Origin: an uncultured bacterium
GTDB lineage: Bacteria > Hydrothermota > Tepidihabitantia > Tepidihabitantales > Tepidihabitantaceae
Direction of reading: 5' to 3'
Assembly (NCBI GenBank): GCA_964597845.1
Contig: CAZQZR010000001.1
Span: 6,722 to 70,721, forward strand
DNA length: 64,000 bases
Shown here: positions 36,630 to 46,733 of the stretch, piece after piece
Position numbering within the stretch: the first letter of the stretch is position 1
Layout of the letters: every line of letters starts with the position of its first letter
Program-made: the position numbers and the translations under genes
Notes under the pieces: model-generated
The model's database searches: none
What the model saw: only the letters and a program-made list of their open reading frames with translations
What the model was told of the DNA's origin: nothing

Positions 36630-37136
36630 ATGGACAAACGTCTTTCCGTCTTATTCTCACGGCGCAGCGTGCGCGGCTATACGGGCGAGCCGGTTTCCGA
36701 GGATGACGTCACGGCGTTGCTTGAAGCGGGAATGGCTGCGCCGTCCGCGAGCAACCGGAAGCCGTGGCACTTTGTGGCGGTCACGGAGCGGGCGAAACTC
36801 GACCAGCTCGCCACAATCCATCCTTACGGTAAGATGCTTTCAACCGCCGGGCTTTGCATCGGGGTCTGCGGGGACCGGGATATCAGCCCGGATTTCTGGG
36901 TACAGGACTGTTCGGCCGCGACCGAGAACATCCTCGTGGCAGCGGCGATGCTCGGCTTGGGGTCTGTCTGGCTCGGGGTTCATCCGCGCGCGGAGCGCGA
37001 GGGCGAGCTGAAGCAATTCTTCGGTATTCCCGACCACGTCGGCCTGCTATGCCTGGTTGCGGTCGGGCATCCGGTCGAGCCGCCGGCGCCGCGCACCCAG
37101 TACGACGAGCCCCGGGTTCACCTTACACGCTGGTAG
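36630..37136 (+). CDS. nitroreductase-family oxidoreductase
   Basis: 168 aa. RRSVRGYTGEPVS, APSASNRKPWHFV and AAAMLGLGSVWLG are typical of the family. Confidence 0.8.
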   Translation: MDKRLSVLFSRRSVRGYTGEPVSEDDVTALLEAGMAAPSASNRKPWHFVAVTERAKLDQLATIHPYGKMLSTAGLCIGVCGDRDISPDFWVQDCSAATENILVAAAMLGLGSVWLGVHPRAEREGELKQFFGIPDHVGLLCLVAVGHPVEPPAPRTQYDEPRVHLTRW

Positions 37137-37451
37137 GGCCGGGCCGCAAGGTAGTCCGGGCCGAAGTCGGGGCGCCTTCCGGTTTCAAGCGTATCAAGCG
37201 CAGCGCGCGAGTCAGTATGTCAGCAGCGAACCGTCAGCCCGCACCGCACGCGCCGGCTTGTCGCCTCCGAGATTCGCGAATCGCGGCCAGTAGTTCCCGT
37301 CGCGTAGTTCCTCCGTCCACGCCGGGCACAACGAAGAGTTCAGGTCGAGACACAGTCGCGGACGCGCGTGCCGACGTACCGCACGACGCAATCGAGTACA
37401 CGACTAGACATACGCCGAGAGATACGTCCGGAAACGCGAGGAACGTTTCCG

Positions 37452-40400
37452 CTAGCGGCTGAGCACCACCTTTGCGCTGGTGCGGCTGTTGCCTGATGCG
37501 AGCGTGACGAAGTAAAGGCCGGGAGCGACGTTGCGACCGGCGTTGTCGCGGGCGTCCCAGGCGAGTGACAAGGGACGAGGGACGGAGGACGCGGCGACCG
37601 GCAGTGAGCGGACGAGGCGGCCCTGCGCATCGTAGACGTGCAGGGAGGAGTTAGCAGGTAGCAGTGAGCAGACTATGCGGAGGGTCTTGCGGAAGGGATT
37701 GGGAAACAGGTTAAGCGTCAGGCGTGATGCGTCGAGCGGGGAGCGTTCCGAGACACCGAGCCCGGTGGCGAGGAAAATCGAGACGTTGTTACTGCCGTAG
37801 TTGGTGGTCGCGAGGTCGAGCGCGCCGTCCCGGTTGAAGTCGGCCGTGCCGATGGTCCACGTCCCGCTGCCGGTTGTGTACGACGCCGCGGTGCCGAACG
37901 TGCCGTCGCCGTTGTTGAGCAGGACATAGGCAGACGTGCCGTTGCTCGAGGCGACGCCTAAGTCGATGTCGCCGTCGCCGTCGAAGTCTCCACCTTCGAT
38001 TGTGTGGGCAGCGGAAGGAATGGTATAGGTTGCCGGGGCGTAGTAGCCGCCGCCGTTGTTAAGCAGGATTGCGACCGATGCGGTTGAGGTGGACACGACC
38101 GCGATGTCGGCCCCGCCGTCGCCGTTCAGGTCGTTAACGCAGAGTGCCTCGGGCCCGGCTACGGCGGTGAAGTTGGCCAGCCGGGAGAACATGCCCGCCC
38201 CGTCGTTGTATAGAACGCTGATGTTGTCGTTGCCCTGGTTGCAGCAGGCGATGTCGAAGTCGCCGTCGTTGTCGACGTCGAACGCGGTCACGCCGTGTGC
38301 CCACGACCCGGCCGAGTAGCTCGTTGGTCCGGCGAAGGTCCCCGAGCCGTTGTTGACCATCACTTTCACATTGTCAGCCGAGCCCCAGCCGTCGGTGAGG
38401 ACGATGTCCACGTCGCCGTCGCCGTCAAAGTCGGCGCCGGATATGTACTGGCCAAGGGTCGCCGGTATGTAGGTGCCGGCATTGGTGAACGTGCCGGAGC
38501 CGTTGTTCTTAAGGATTTCGAGGCGGGACGAGCCCGGCTCGTTGTGGAACACGGCGAGGTCGACGTCATGGTCCGAGTCGAAGTCGGCGGCGAATACCGC
38601 TATCGGGTCGTCGTTCACCGTAGTGTAGGAAGGCGAGGCGAACGTGCCGTCGCCGTTGTTGCGCAGCAGGGCGGCTGCGGCAGGGGAATTGCAGGTGGTG
38701 ACTACGTCAACGTCGCCATCCCCGTCGAAGTCGGCGCCGGTCAGGCCGCGCGGCTGGGCGCCGGTGGGGAAGGCGTTCTGGGTCGCGAACGTGCCGCTGG
38801 ATGCGAAGGGTATAGCGGTGGTGAAGGTCCAGCCGAACCCGCCAAGGTATGTGCCGTTGCTGCCGCGAATGCTCTTTGTCAGGGTGGCGACAACCGGCTC
38901 GCCGGTCATGAAGTTGGCTGCCGGGTCGAGCCAAGCTACCCGCCCCACGCTGTCATAGCTGACCGCGCCGTGGCGCAGGCCAGTGCGCGCCCCGCGTACG
39001 ATGAAGCTGGTCGAATCGAGCGTGGACGGGTCCAATCCGAGATTGAAGCCGGCAGACACGCCGGTAGTTTCCGGCGCTGCGGTCGCGTATTGCTCGGGGA
39101 TGGTGGCGCTGACCCGGAGCGCGTTGTCGTTCAGCAGCACCGAGTAGTCGTCTGAGAGGTAGTTGGTAGTGGCAAGGTCCAGGTCGCCGTCCGAGTCAAA
39201 GTCACCCGACGTGACCGAGGAAGGTTCGTCGCCGGTTCGGAAACCAACGCCGGGAGAGAATGCGCCGCTGCCATTATTCAGGAATACCATCGCTCGGTCG
39301 TTGTTGGCGTTGGCCGACACCAGGTCGAGCGCGCCGTCGCCGTTCAGGTCAGCCAGCGCCAGACCGGTCGGTTCACCGGGGTCGGCGTACTTGGTTCGGG
39401 TACCGAGGCCGCCCTGGCCGTCGCCCATCAGCACCGATATGCTGTCTGCGTCTATGTTGGTCACGGCCACGTCGATGCTGCCGTCCGCGTTCAGGTCGCC
39501 GGCAACAACCGCGACCGGAGACAGGCCGGCGGCGAAATCGGCCGCCGGGACAAACGTCCCGTCACCACGGCCCAGCAGCAGGGAAACGCTGTTGGAGATG
39601 TCGTTGGCCGTAATCAGGTCGGGCCAGCCGTCGTTGTTGAAGTCTGCGGACGCGACCGACACCGGCGCAGTGCCGGTCGTGCAGTAGGCTGCGGCAGCGA
39701 ATGTCCCATCCCCGTTGCCGAGCAGCAGGGCGACCCGGTTGTCGCCGGCACAGGTGGACGCCAGGTCGAGGAAGCCGTCGAGATTCAGGTCGGCCGCACA
39801 GAGACCGAACGGATTCAGGCCGGTCGGGTAGGTAACCGGTGCGGCGAACGTCCCGTCGCCGTTACCGAGCAGCACCGCGACGTAGTTGGGGCCGGACACG
39901 GCCACGGCGATATCCAGGATACTGTCGGAGTCGAAGTCCCCGGTGCACGCCGTGCGCGGCGTCGAGCCAAGCGGGTAAGATGCGAGCGTATCGAAACTCC
40001 CGTTGCCCTGCCCGAGCAAAATCGTGATATCTTGGGCACTCAGACTGACGACCGCCAGATCGAGATTACCGTCGCGGTTGAAGTCGGCGGAGATGACGCT
40101 ATACGGTGCCAGGTGCGTGGAGATGGCGGTGTGGGTTGCGAACTGACCGGAGCCGCCATCGACCGCGGTGAAGAACTGCCACGCGCAGCCGGGGAAGGTA
40201 TCGCCGCCCGCGGAACGGACGGCATTGGTCAGTTCTACCGTGACCAGTTCGCCGGGCCGGAGTTCTTCGTCCGGGTCGAGTCCGGCCACGTGACCGACCG
40301 AGTCGTAGGTTACCGCGCCGAACCGCCAGCCGGTGAACTGTGAGTACATCCGGAACGATGCGGCCGATAGGGTCGCCGGGTCCATCGGAACATTGAAGCC

Positions 40401-41342
40401 GGCCAGGGCCGATGTCGCGACGGACACGGCCAGCGCGTTACGGGTCGGGACAAGCGATGTAACCATGGGCAGGTCCGAGACCGCGCCGGGACCGCCGTAC
40501 GCGCCCATGTCGTTTCGGGTTCCGTCCGGGTCGTTGTACTGCGGGGCGGGATTGCCGTAGTCGATGCAGGGCGAGCCGGCCTGCAGGTGGAAGTTACGCG
40601 CGGCGCTGTCGACGTATACCGGGTCGACTGAGTCGGAGCCGACGCCCGGGGTTGCCTGCTGGTAGTTGGTCGCATTGTTCCAGACGTCGTTGTAGGTCAG
40701 CGCGGGCGGTGTGCCGCCGCCCGGACCGTAAACACCGTACATCGAGCAACCCGTGACGATGTTGTTCATGAATACCGGGCCGTAACCCGAGTTGTCGGAG
40801 AAGCCGATGCGACAGTTGTGAATCGTGTTATTGACCACGGTCGCGCCTGCACCGGTCGAAACGCCGTTGTAGAGGTTATCCGTAATCACGTTGTTGGTAA
40901 TGACGGCGGCGCTGCCGTTCCAGAGCGCGATGCCGCAGTCGTTGCCGGTGATGCGGCAGTTGGCGATTTCCGGCCGCGCGCCTGTGTTGCAGAACACGCC
41001 GCCGCCGCCGGGCATGCTGCCGCCGTTGAGCGCGCCGGTTACTGTGAATCCCTTCAGCTTCGTATCGGACGTGATGGCGTTGCCGATGGCGCGGACCACG
41101 TCGCCCGCATTGCCGCCGCCGTCGATAGTCGAGAGACCTTCGCCCGCGCCCTGCACTACGACGCCGGCTTTCAGGTTGATTTCCTCGACGTAAGTGCCGG
41201 GGGCGACCATCACGATATCGCCGGCGTTCGCGGCATCAATGCCCTGCTGGATAGTCGGGTACTGACTCGGCACGTAGACGATGTCGGCCCGGGCCGGCAC
41301 CGCCGCGGCTAGGAATACAAGGACGAGCACAAGACGGTTCAT
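37452..41342 (-). CDS. giant secreted protein: right-handed beta-helix, Ig-like domains, many FG-GAP/VCBS repeats and a T9SS C-terminal sorting domain
   Basis: 1296 aa with signal peptide MNRLVLVLVFLAAAVPARA. Parallel beta-helix repeats (NNVITDN, NNTIHNC), more than 10 repeats of (A/G)DFN.DG..D(L/I) type, and tail LNLFPNPFRKTL...GLYFVTLASGNSRTSAKVVLSR. Confidence 0.8.
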   Translation of the reverse strand: MNRLVLVLVFLAAAVPARADIVYVPSQYPTIQQGIDAANAGDIVMVAPGTYVEEINLKAGVVVQGAGEGLSTIDGGGNAGDVVRAIGNAITSDTKLKGFTVTGALNGGSMPGGGGVFCNTGARPEIANCRITGNDCGIALWNGSAAVITNNVITDNLYNGVSTGAGATVVNNTIHNCRIGFSDNSGYGPVFMNNIVTGCSMYGVYGPGGGTPPALTYNDVWNNATNYQQATPGVGSDSVDPVYVDSAARNFHLQAGSPCIDYGNPAPQYNDPDGTRNDMGAYGGPGAVSDLPMVTSLVPTRNALAVSVATSALAGFNVPMDPATLSAASFRMYSQFTGWRFGAVTYDSVGHVAGLDPDEELRPGELVTVELTNAVRSAGGDTFPGCAWQFFTAVDGGSGQFATHTAISTHLAPYSVISADFNRDGNLDLAVVSLSAQDITILLGQGNGSFDTLASYPLGSTPRTACTGDFDSDSILDIAVAVSGPNYVAVLLGNGDGTFAAPVTYPTGLNPFGLCAADLNLDGFLDLASTCAGDNRVALLLGNGDGTFAAAAYCTTGTAPVSVASADFNNDGWPDLITANDISNSVSLLLGRGDGTFVPAADFAAGLSPVAVVAGDLNADGSIDVAVTNIDADSISVLMGDGQGGLGTRTKYADPGEPTGLALADLNGDGALDLVSANANNDRAMVFLNNGSGAFSPGVGFRTGDEPSSVTSGDFDSDGDLDLATTNYLSDDYSVLLNDNALRVSATIPEQYATAAPETTGVSAGFNLGLDPSTLDSTSFIVRGARTGLRHGAVSYDSVGRVAWLDPAANFMTGEPVVATLTKSIRGSNGTYLGGFGWTFTTAIPFASSGTFATQNAFPTGAQPRGLTGADFDGDGDVDVVTTCNSPAAAALLRNNGDGTFASPSYTTVNDDPIAVFAADFDSDHDVDLAVFHNEPGSSRLEILKNNGSGTFTNAGTYIPATLGQYISGADFDGDGDVDIVLTDGWGSADNVKVMVNNGSGTFAGPTSYSAGSWAHGVTAFDVDNDGDFDIACCNQGNDNISVLYNDGAGMFSRLANFTAVAGPEALCVNDLNGDGGADIAVVSTSTASVAILLNNGGGYYAPATYTIPSAAHTIEGGDFDGDGDIDLGVASSNGTSAYVLLNNGDGTFGTAASYTTGSGTWTIGTADFNRDGALDLATTNYGSNNVSIFLATGLGVSERSPLDASRLTLNLFPNPFRKTLRIVCSLLPANSSLHVYDAQGRLVRSLPVAASSVPRPLSLAWDARDNAGRNVAPGLYFVTLASGNSRTSAKVVLSR

Positions 41343-41453
41343 GGCGACCTTCCTTTCAAGTCCGGTAGCGAACAGTATGGCGCTTCACGGTATGCTCAGC
41401 TTAGGACAGAGCAGCGGCGCTGTCAACAACGCAGCCGGCCGCCCCCGACGCTG

Positions 41454-41482
41454 TTGACATGTCAGGGCTGCGCGCCTATTCT
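41454..41482 (+). promoter_or_regulatory. sigma-70-type promoter of the NTase/nuclease pair
   Basis: TTGACA, 17 nt, TATTCT. Confidence 0.5.
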
Positions 41483-41571
41483 TGAGCATCCCGGTTCGGC
41501 CCGCAGGGCCGGGATGCAGACGTCGTTAATTCGATACTTTCCCGGCGCGGGACGGCGCTGGAGGAGGCACG

Positions 41572-42333
41572 ATGTTACCGGATGCATACGTCCGTTCGAT
41601 TCTGGCCAAGTACGAACTGCCGAGCGGCGAGGGCTCGCCGGCTGAGCTCGCCGCGGCCGAGCTGAGGCAACCGATTACCGAATGGGCCGGTCGGTTCCTG
41701 CTGGACATTCGGTTCTGCGGGTCGTATGCGAAGGAAACACGGATCCGGGGCGCGACCGACATCGACCTGTTGATTTCGCTCGGACCGCGCACGCCGCTGG
41801 ACATCGACAAGCTCTACGACCGCTTCTTCGACTTCATGAAGCGCCGCGGCTACAAGCCCCGACGCCAGAGCGTCACCGTCGGCGTGACGCATCACGGTCT
41901 GATGGTGGACCTGATACCGGCCAAGCAGGAATGGGGCGGCGCGAACGACCACCGGATTTTCGAGACCGAACATCAGCGAATCACCCGAACCAATTTCGAC
42001 ACGCACCTCCAGGTTGTGAAGGAATCGGGCACCATCGAGGAAATCCGTCTGCTGAAAATCTGGCGCACCCTGCGTAACCTCCGCCTGCCGTCGTTATGCC
42101 TCGAACTGGCCGTGATGGACGCCCTGCGCCGTCAGGCGCGTCACCAGCCGGCGGCAAACATGGAGGTCGTGCTGCGGTATCTTAAGGACGTCCTGCCGAG
42201 CGCGCCGATTCGGGACCCGGCCAATTTTGAGAACCTTGTCTCCGACGACCTGCTGAAGCACGAGAAACTGGCTATCTCCGAGGCTGCGGCCGAGAGCCTG
42301 AAGCACTCCGACTGGGCCAAGATCGTCTGGTGA
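41572..42333 (+). CDS. minimal Pol-beta-fold nucleotidyltransferase, CD-NTase/OAS-like
   Basis: 253 aa. GGAGGAGG SD. GSYAKETRIRGATDIDLLISL (GS..DxD), third acidic strand MVDLIPA, then IRLLKIWRTLRNLRLPSLCLELAVMDAL, resembling the OAS/CD-NTase helical lobe. Confidence 0.6.
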   Translation: MLPDAYVRSILAKYELPSGEGSPAELAAAELRQPITEWAGRFLLDIRFCGSYAKETRIRGATDIDLLISLGPRTPLDIDKLYDRFFDFMKRRGYKPRRQSVTVGVTHHGLMVDLIPAKQEWGGANDHRIFETEHQRITRTNFDTHLQVVKESGTIEEIRLLKIWRTLRNLRLPSLCLELAVMDALRRQARHQPAANMEVVLRYLKDVLPSAPIRDPANFENLVSDDLLKHEKLAISEAAAESLKHSDWAKIVW

Positions 42334-42378
42334 CCGCGGGCGGAAGAGACTCAAGGGACAGAGAGATAAAGGGATAGA

Positions 42379-42840
42379 GTGCCGAACCCGGACGAGGTCG
42401 CGCGCCGGCGCGTCGTCCGTCGTCGGCTCGTGGAGAACCGGATTGCGTGGTCGCGCCACGCAAAGGCAGTGGCCGCGCAGCGCGCGACCGGCTGTCCCGG
42501 CCGGGCGTACAACCAGCTTGAGGCACGGCTGGCGAAACTACTCGACGAAGCCAAGATTGATTACCGCTGGCAGTTCCCGCTGGGGCCGTACGTGTACGAT
42601 TTCCTGCTGCCGAACCGAACGCTGGTCGAAGTCCATGGCACGTACTGGCACGCCGACCCGCGCCGCTACGACCCCAAAGCCCTCACGCCGGACCAGCGCC
42701 GCAACCTGCTGCACGACATTGACAAACGGCTCTTTGCCGCGCGGAAGGGCTACCGGCTGAAAGTCGTCTGGGAAGCGGATTTGCGCAAGGATGACCTTAC
42801 GATCGAGGAGCTGCTCGGCCCCGGCCGGCTCGAAGCCTGA
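42379..42840 (+). CDS. Vsr/DUF559-like PD-(D/E)xK endonuclease-fold protein
   Basis: 153 aa. LEARLAKLLDEAKIDYRWQFPLGPYVYDFLLPNRTLVEVHGTYWHADP matches the DUF559/Vsr core layout. Lies 45 nt after the NTase gene. Confidence 0.55.
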   Translation: MPNPDEVARRRVVRRRLVENRIAWSRHAKAVAAQRATGCPGRAYNQLEARLAKLLDEAKIDYRWQFPLGPYVYDFLLPNRTLVEVHGTYWHADPRRYDPKALTPDQRRNLLHDIDKRLFAARKGYRLKVVWEADLRKDDLTIEELLGPGRLEA

Positions 42841-42884
42841 GCCGATTTCTTTGATTTCGACCCCGGTTTCCATATCCTCGTTCG

Positions 42885-43586
42885 GTGCGCGTGACACTAC
42901 TGACGGCCGTCCTGGCCCTGGCCGGGACGACGTGCTATGCGAGTATCGCCTCGTCGGTCATGCTCGGGTATCGTGGCGAACCGGGCGTTGAGTCGAAGCT
43001 GGTCGCGACCGCGATGGCCGACATCGTCCCGGTTCAATACCTGAAGGTAGACGCCGGGTTGTCGTTCAACGTATTTCAGAACAACGGTGTGGGCGCGGTC
43101 GGCCTGGGTCTCGGCGCGGTGCTGTTCCGTCCTGCCGGGCTCTCAATCAGGTTCGCGGCCCAGCACCAGCAGTGGAACGACTGGCAGGCAGGGGAGAACC
43201 GGGCGCTGGCTACAGTCGAAGCGGGGCCGGTCTATGGTTTGGAGGCCGGCTTCGGAGTCGCCCGCCGCGTGTCGGTGTTCGGCGCGGACGACTACCGGTC
43301 GCCGTTCGTGTGGAAGAGCGACGCGGCCGAGTGGAACTACGCGTACCGCCTGACGTGGAAGTTCCTGCGCAGAGAGAGTTGGTGGCTCAAGGCGGGCTTC
43401 TCAAGCTACGACCTGTTCACCGTCCACAACCCGCAGCAGTTCCCTCTCTGCCTGAGCGGGGCGTACTCCTTGAAGGACAACCTAGACCTGGTCATGGACG
43501 CCGGCACAGCCATCGTCGGATATTCGGGCGGTCTTGCCTCGTTCCACGAAATGACGCTGAACGTCGGGGTGAGGTATGAGTTCTAG
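42885..43586 (+). CDS. outer-membrane beta-barrel protein
   Basis: 233 aa. Signal peptide MRVTLLTAVLALAGTTCYA, alternating-hydrophobic strands, C-terminal LNVGVRYEF. Confidence 0.6.
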   Translation: MRVTLLTAVLALAGTTCYASIASSVMLGYRGEPGVESKLVATAMADIVPVQYLKVDAGLSFNVFQNNGVGAVGLGLGAVLFRPAGLSIRFAAQHQQWNDWQAGENRALATVEAGPVYGLEAGFGVARRVSVFGADDYRSPFVWKSDAAEWNYAYRLTWKFLRRESWWLKAGFSSYDLFTVHNPQQFPLCLSGAYSLKDNLDLVMDAGTAIVGYSGGLASFHEMTLNVGVRYEF

Positions 43587-44421
43587 GCGCGCCGGGATAC
43601 TTTGCCTTGCGGCCCTGCTCGCACTTTGCGCCTGCGAGTGGGACCTCTGGGCAATAGCCACTCGTCCAACCGTGGAAGACCGCGTGCGCGAGAACCTGAC
43701 CGGCGAGCCGCCCGCGCCCGGTCCGGTTCCGGTCAACCCGGACTCGTTCCAGTTCGCGGTGTTCGGCGACCCCCAGATCGGGCACGACAACGTGAACAAC
43801 CTTGGCCGGTTCAGGCAGGACGTCGCGGCCAGGGGTATTGACTTCTTCTGCGTGCTCGGCGACCTGACCAACGACGCGACAACGGACGAGGTAGACAGCA
43901 TCAAGCTGGACCTCGACCGGGTCGGCATCCCTTACTACGCCACCATCGGCAACCACGACCTGTTCCAGGCCGATGGCTGGGAACGCTTCAAGCAGAACTA
44001 CGGGCCGAGCTGTTTCCCGGTAGTCATCGCCGACCGCATCAAGCTGATATTCCTCGATACCGCCGACGGCACCGTCGGCCCGACCCAGTTTGCCTGGCTC
44101 GAAAGCGAGTTGCAGGACGACCGGTTCATCAAGATCCTCCTCACGCACTACCCGGTCTATGACGGCGAGGAACCGACCATGTGGCGGCTGGCCAGCCCGT
44201 CCGAGCGGATCAAACTTCAAAGCCGGCTGGGAAAGTACGGCGTCTACGCCTGGTGTGCCGGCCACATCCATGCGTGGCGACACGCGGTGGTCGACGGCGT
44301 CAACCATTTCACCTGCGGCACGATGGCTCCGGGCGCGCCCGACTACGGCACCGGCAAGGGCTACCTCCTGTTCACCTTCGCCCACGACTCGCTCTCGTGG
44401 CAGCGGGTCGTCTTCGAGTAG
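43576..44421 (+). CDS. calcineurin-like metallophosphoesterase lipoprotein
   Basis: Lipobox LLALCAC. Motifs FGDPQIG, VLGDLTND, GNHD, LTHYP and GHIH. Confidence 0.8.
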   Translation: MSSRRAGILCLAALLALCACEWDLWAIATRPTVEDRVRENLTGEPPAPGPVPVNPDSFQFAVFGDPQIGHDNVNNLGRFRQDVAARGIDFFCVLGDLTNDATTDEVDSIKLDLDRVGIPYYATIGNHDLFQADGWERFKQNYGPSCFPVVIADRIKLIFLDTADGTVGPTQFAWLESELQDDRFIKILLTHYPVYDGEEPTMWRLASPSERIKLQSRLGKYGVYAWCAGHIHAWRHAVVDGVNHFTCGTMAPGAPDYGTGKGYLLFTFAHDSLSWQRVVFE

Positions 44422-44532
44422 CCACACACCGGACGTACTCCGCCGCAAGCCGGCCGCACGAACCCGCACCCCGTCTTCGTCGTGGACGGCGGCCACCCAG
44501 ACTCTGCCTCTAACAGAACCCGAAAATAGTTG

Positions 44533-44573
44533 TTGACACCCAGTGGAACATTAGTAGTATCTAGCTAGTAATA
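44533..44573 (+). promoter_or_regulatory. promoter plus overlapping palindromic operator (copy 1)
   Basis: TTGACA (44533-44538), 16 nt, TAGTAT (44555-44560). Inverted repeat CATTAGTA (44549-44556), 9 nt, TAGTAATA (44566-44573). Confidence 0.55.
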
Positions 44574-44742
44574 GTTTCGCAAGGAACCAGCCCGACTGCG
44601 GGCACACAAAACAACACAGCCGCCGCGCCAGGAAGATGGATGAGCCGACCAGCCTCCACTCGGGCAACCGGTCGACCCGGCCACTCTCTGCGCGGCGATA
44701 AACCAGCGGGCACAGCCCGCTCAACAACCTTAAGGAGGTTGC

Positions 44743-45438
44743 GTGATACGTTCTCTAATGGTCTGTCTTCTGACGGCGGCGATCGCGGGCAGCGCGCTCG
44801 GCGCTGATGCGGTGAATGGCCGGTTCATCGGCGTCGGCCCCACCGTCCTCTTCGGTGACTTCTCCGGGTTGAATGATGCCTTTGCCCGGCAGGGCATCGG
44901 CAAGCTCAGCTCGACGCACGCGACGACGGGCTGCTCCGGGTTTAGCGTGTTTGGTCGCGCCGTCTTCGGCTTCGCCGGGTGGGATGGGGACCAGACGGTC
45001 AGTTCGGAAAGCCTGACTGCCAAGGTCACAATCCGCGGCGGCGAGTTCAACATCGGGTACTGCGTCGTGAAACAAGCGCACCTGCTTGTCGCTCCGGTGC
45101 TCGGTATCGGCGGCAACGTCTACGATATCGCGTTGGCTCCCGTCAACAGCGACTTCTCCAGCTTCGACAACCTGCTCCAGCACCCGCGGCGGACGAGTTC
45201 GGCTTCGTCCGCGGCCTTGCTCCTGTCGCCGCAGTTGATGGTCACGGTGCCGATTTCATTCGTTGGTCTGCAGCTTCGCGGCGGGTATCAGTATCAGCCG
45301 GCGAACTCAAAGTGGGAGCTGTCTGAAGGCGGCCAGCTGCGGGAAGGGCCCTCGATTGCCAAGGGTACGCCCTTCGTGGCACTGAGCGTCGTCTTCGGCC
45401 CCACGAGCAAGTTACACAGGAACCGCAGCAACGGCTAG
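44743..45438 (+). CDS. putative outer-membrane beta-barrel protein
   Basis: 231 aa. AAGGAGG SD. Signal peptide MIRSLMVCLLTAAIAGSALGA. Followed by a strong hairpin at 45458-45486. Confidence 0.55.
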   Translation: MIRSLMVCLLTAAIAGSALGADAVNGRFIGVGPTVLFGDFSGLNDAFARQGIGKLSSTHATTGCSGFSVFGRAVFGFAGWDGDQTVSSESLTAKVTIRGGEFNIGYCVVKQAHLLVAPVLGIGGNVYDIALAPVNSDFSSFDNLLQHPRRTSSASSAALLLSPQLMVTVPISFVGLQLRGGYQYQPANSKWELSEGGQLREGPSIAKGTPFVALSVVFGPTSKLHRNRSNG

Positions 45439-45457
45439 CGCGGCAGTCCGCGAGAGA

Positions 45458-45486
45458 GCACGGGCGGGCATCCTGCCCGCCCGTGC
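45458..45486 (+). terminator. perfect 13-bp GC-rich hairpin after the OMP-like gene
   Basis: GCACGGGCGGGCA TCC TGCCCGCCCGTGC. Confidence 0.65.
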
Positions 45487-45636
45487 CGCTGCTCCGGGCC
45501 GCCTGATGCACGAGCAGGGTCCTGACCATCTGCTGCTCGGCGCCGTCCTAAGCGTGGTGAAGTAGACTCCCGGGCCCAGCCTGCAGCCGCGGCTACGGCG
45601 TGTCGATGATTCAGTCGAATAATGAAAGACACACTT

Positions 45637-46587
45637 ATGAAAGCAATCGTATGCACGAAGTACGGGCCACCGGAAGTTCTTCAGCTCAAAGAGGTAGAGA
45701 AGCCTACTCCCAAGAGCAATGAAGTCCTGATAAAGATTCATGCGGCAGCAGTAACAGTCTCGGACTGTATAGTTCGAAGTGGCAAAGTGAATATCCTGCT
45801 ATGGATCCCCATGCGCATATTTGTTGGTTTCAGAAGGCCAAGAAAACCGATACTGGGGTTGGAGTTAGCCGGGGAAATTGAAGCAATAGGCAAGGACGTA
45901 AAACGATTCAAGAAAGGTGACCAGGTTTTTGCATTTGCCGGCAAGCGTTTTGGTGCTTATGCCGAGTACACTTGTCTGCCGGAAGACGGATTGTGCATGC
46001 CTGCAGACAGTCTTGTGGCACTAAAACCATCCAATGCGACCTATGAGGAAGCCGCCGCTGTTCCTTCCAGGGGAACTCTAGCATTGTATTTTCTTAGAAA
46101 AGGAAATATCCAAAACGGGCAAAGAGTTCTCATCTATGGAGCTTCCGGAGGGGTAGGTACTTTTGCGGTACAGCTTGCCAGGTACTATGGGGCAGAAGTT
46201 ACCGGGGTGTGCAGTACCGCGAATCTAGAATTAGTGAAATCGCTGGGAGCCGACAAGGTAATTGACTACACAAAAGAGGACTTTACGAACAGAGGAAAGT
46301 CCTATGACCTTATTTTTGATGCCGTCGGAAAGAGATATGGCTCAAAACTACAGCGCAAGAAAGCGCTGACTCCGACCGGGAAATACATGTCAGTCGATGA
46401 TGGAACACCAAAGATATGTGTCGAGGATTTGGTTTCACTCAAGGAGCTGGTTGAAGCGGGAAAGATAAGACCAGTCATTGATAGAACGTATCCCCTGGAG
46501 CAAATTGCCGAAGCTCATAGATATGTTGACAAAGGGCACAAAAAGGGAAATGTAGTGATAACCGTGGGGCACAACAATAAGATCTGA
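45637..46587 (+). CDS. zinc-type/MDR-family NAD(P)-dependent alcohol dehydrogenase or quinone oxidoreductase
   Basis: ORF 45622..46587; homologue-like start [15 protein letters not shown] at 45637. Rossmann [16 protein letters not shown]. Markedly lower GC than its neighbours. Confidence 0.8.
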   Translation: MKAIVCTKYGPPEVLQLKEVEKPTPKSNEVLIKIHAAAVTVSDCIVRSGKVNILLWIPMRIFVGFRRPRKPILGLELAGEIEAIGKDVKRFKKGDQVFAFAGKRFGAYAEYTCLPEDGLCMPADSLVALKPSNATYEEAAAVPSRGTLALYFLRKGNIQNGQRVLIYGASGGVGTFAVQLARYYGAEVTGVCSTANLELVKSLGADKVIDYTKEDFTNRGKSYDLIFDAVGKRYGSKLQRKKALTPTGKYMSVDDGTPKICVEDLVSLKELVEAGKIRPVIDRTYPLEQIAEAHRYVDKGHKKGNVVITVGHNNKI

Positions 46588-46588
46588 T

Positions 46589-46690
46589 AGAAAGTAAGCC
46601 TTCGAGTAAGCCTTGGAAGGAACAATCCAGGAGACAGTGCGGCGAGGTTTCTAGTGAGCATTCAGAGGAGCTTTGAAGAGAGCTCTTGCG
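46589..46690. repeat. short 12-nt-period array related to the GAGCTTT family
   Basis: GAGTAAGCCTTC GAGTAAGCCTTG GAAGGAACAATC ... GAGGAGCTTTG AAGAGAGCTCTTG, immediately after the ADH stop codon. Confidence 0.6.
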
Positions 46691-46733
46691 CGTCCGTAGT
46701 CCTGACTTCTGCCGTTTGAAACCGGGCCTCTGA

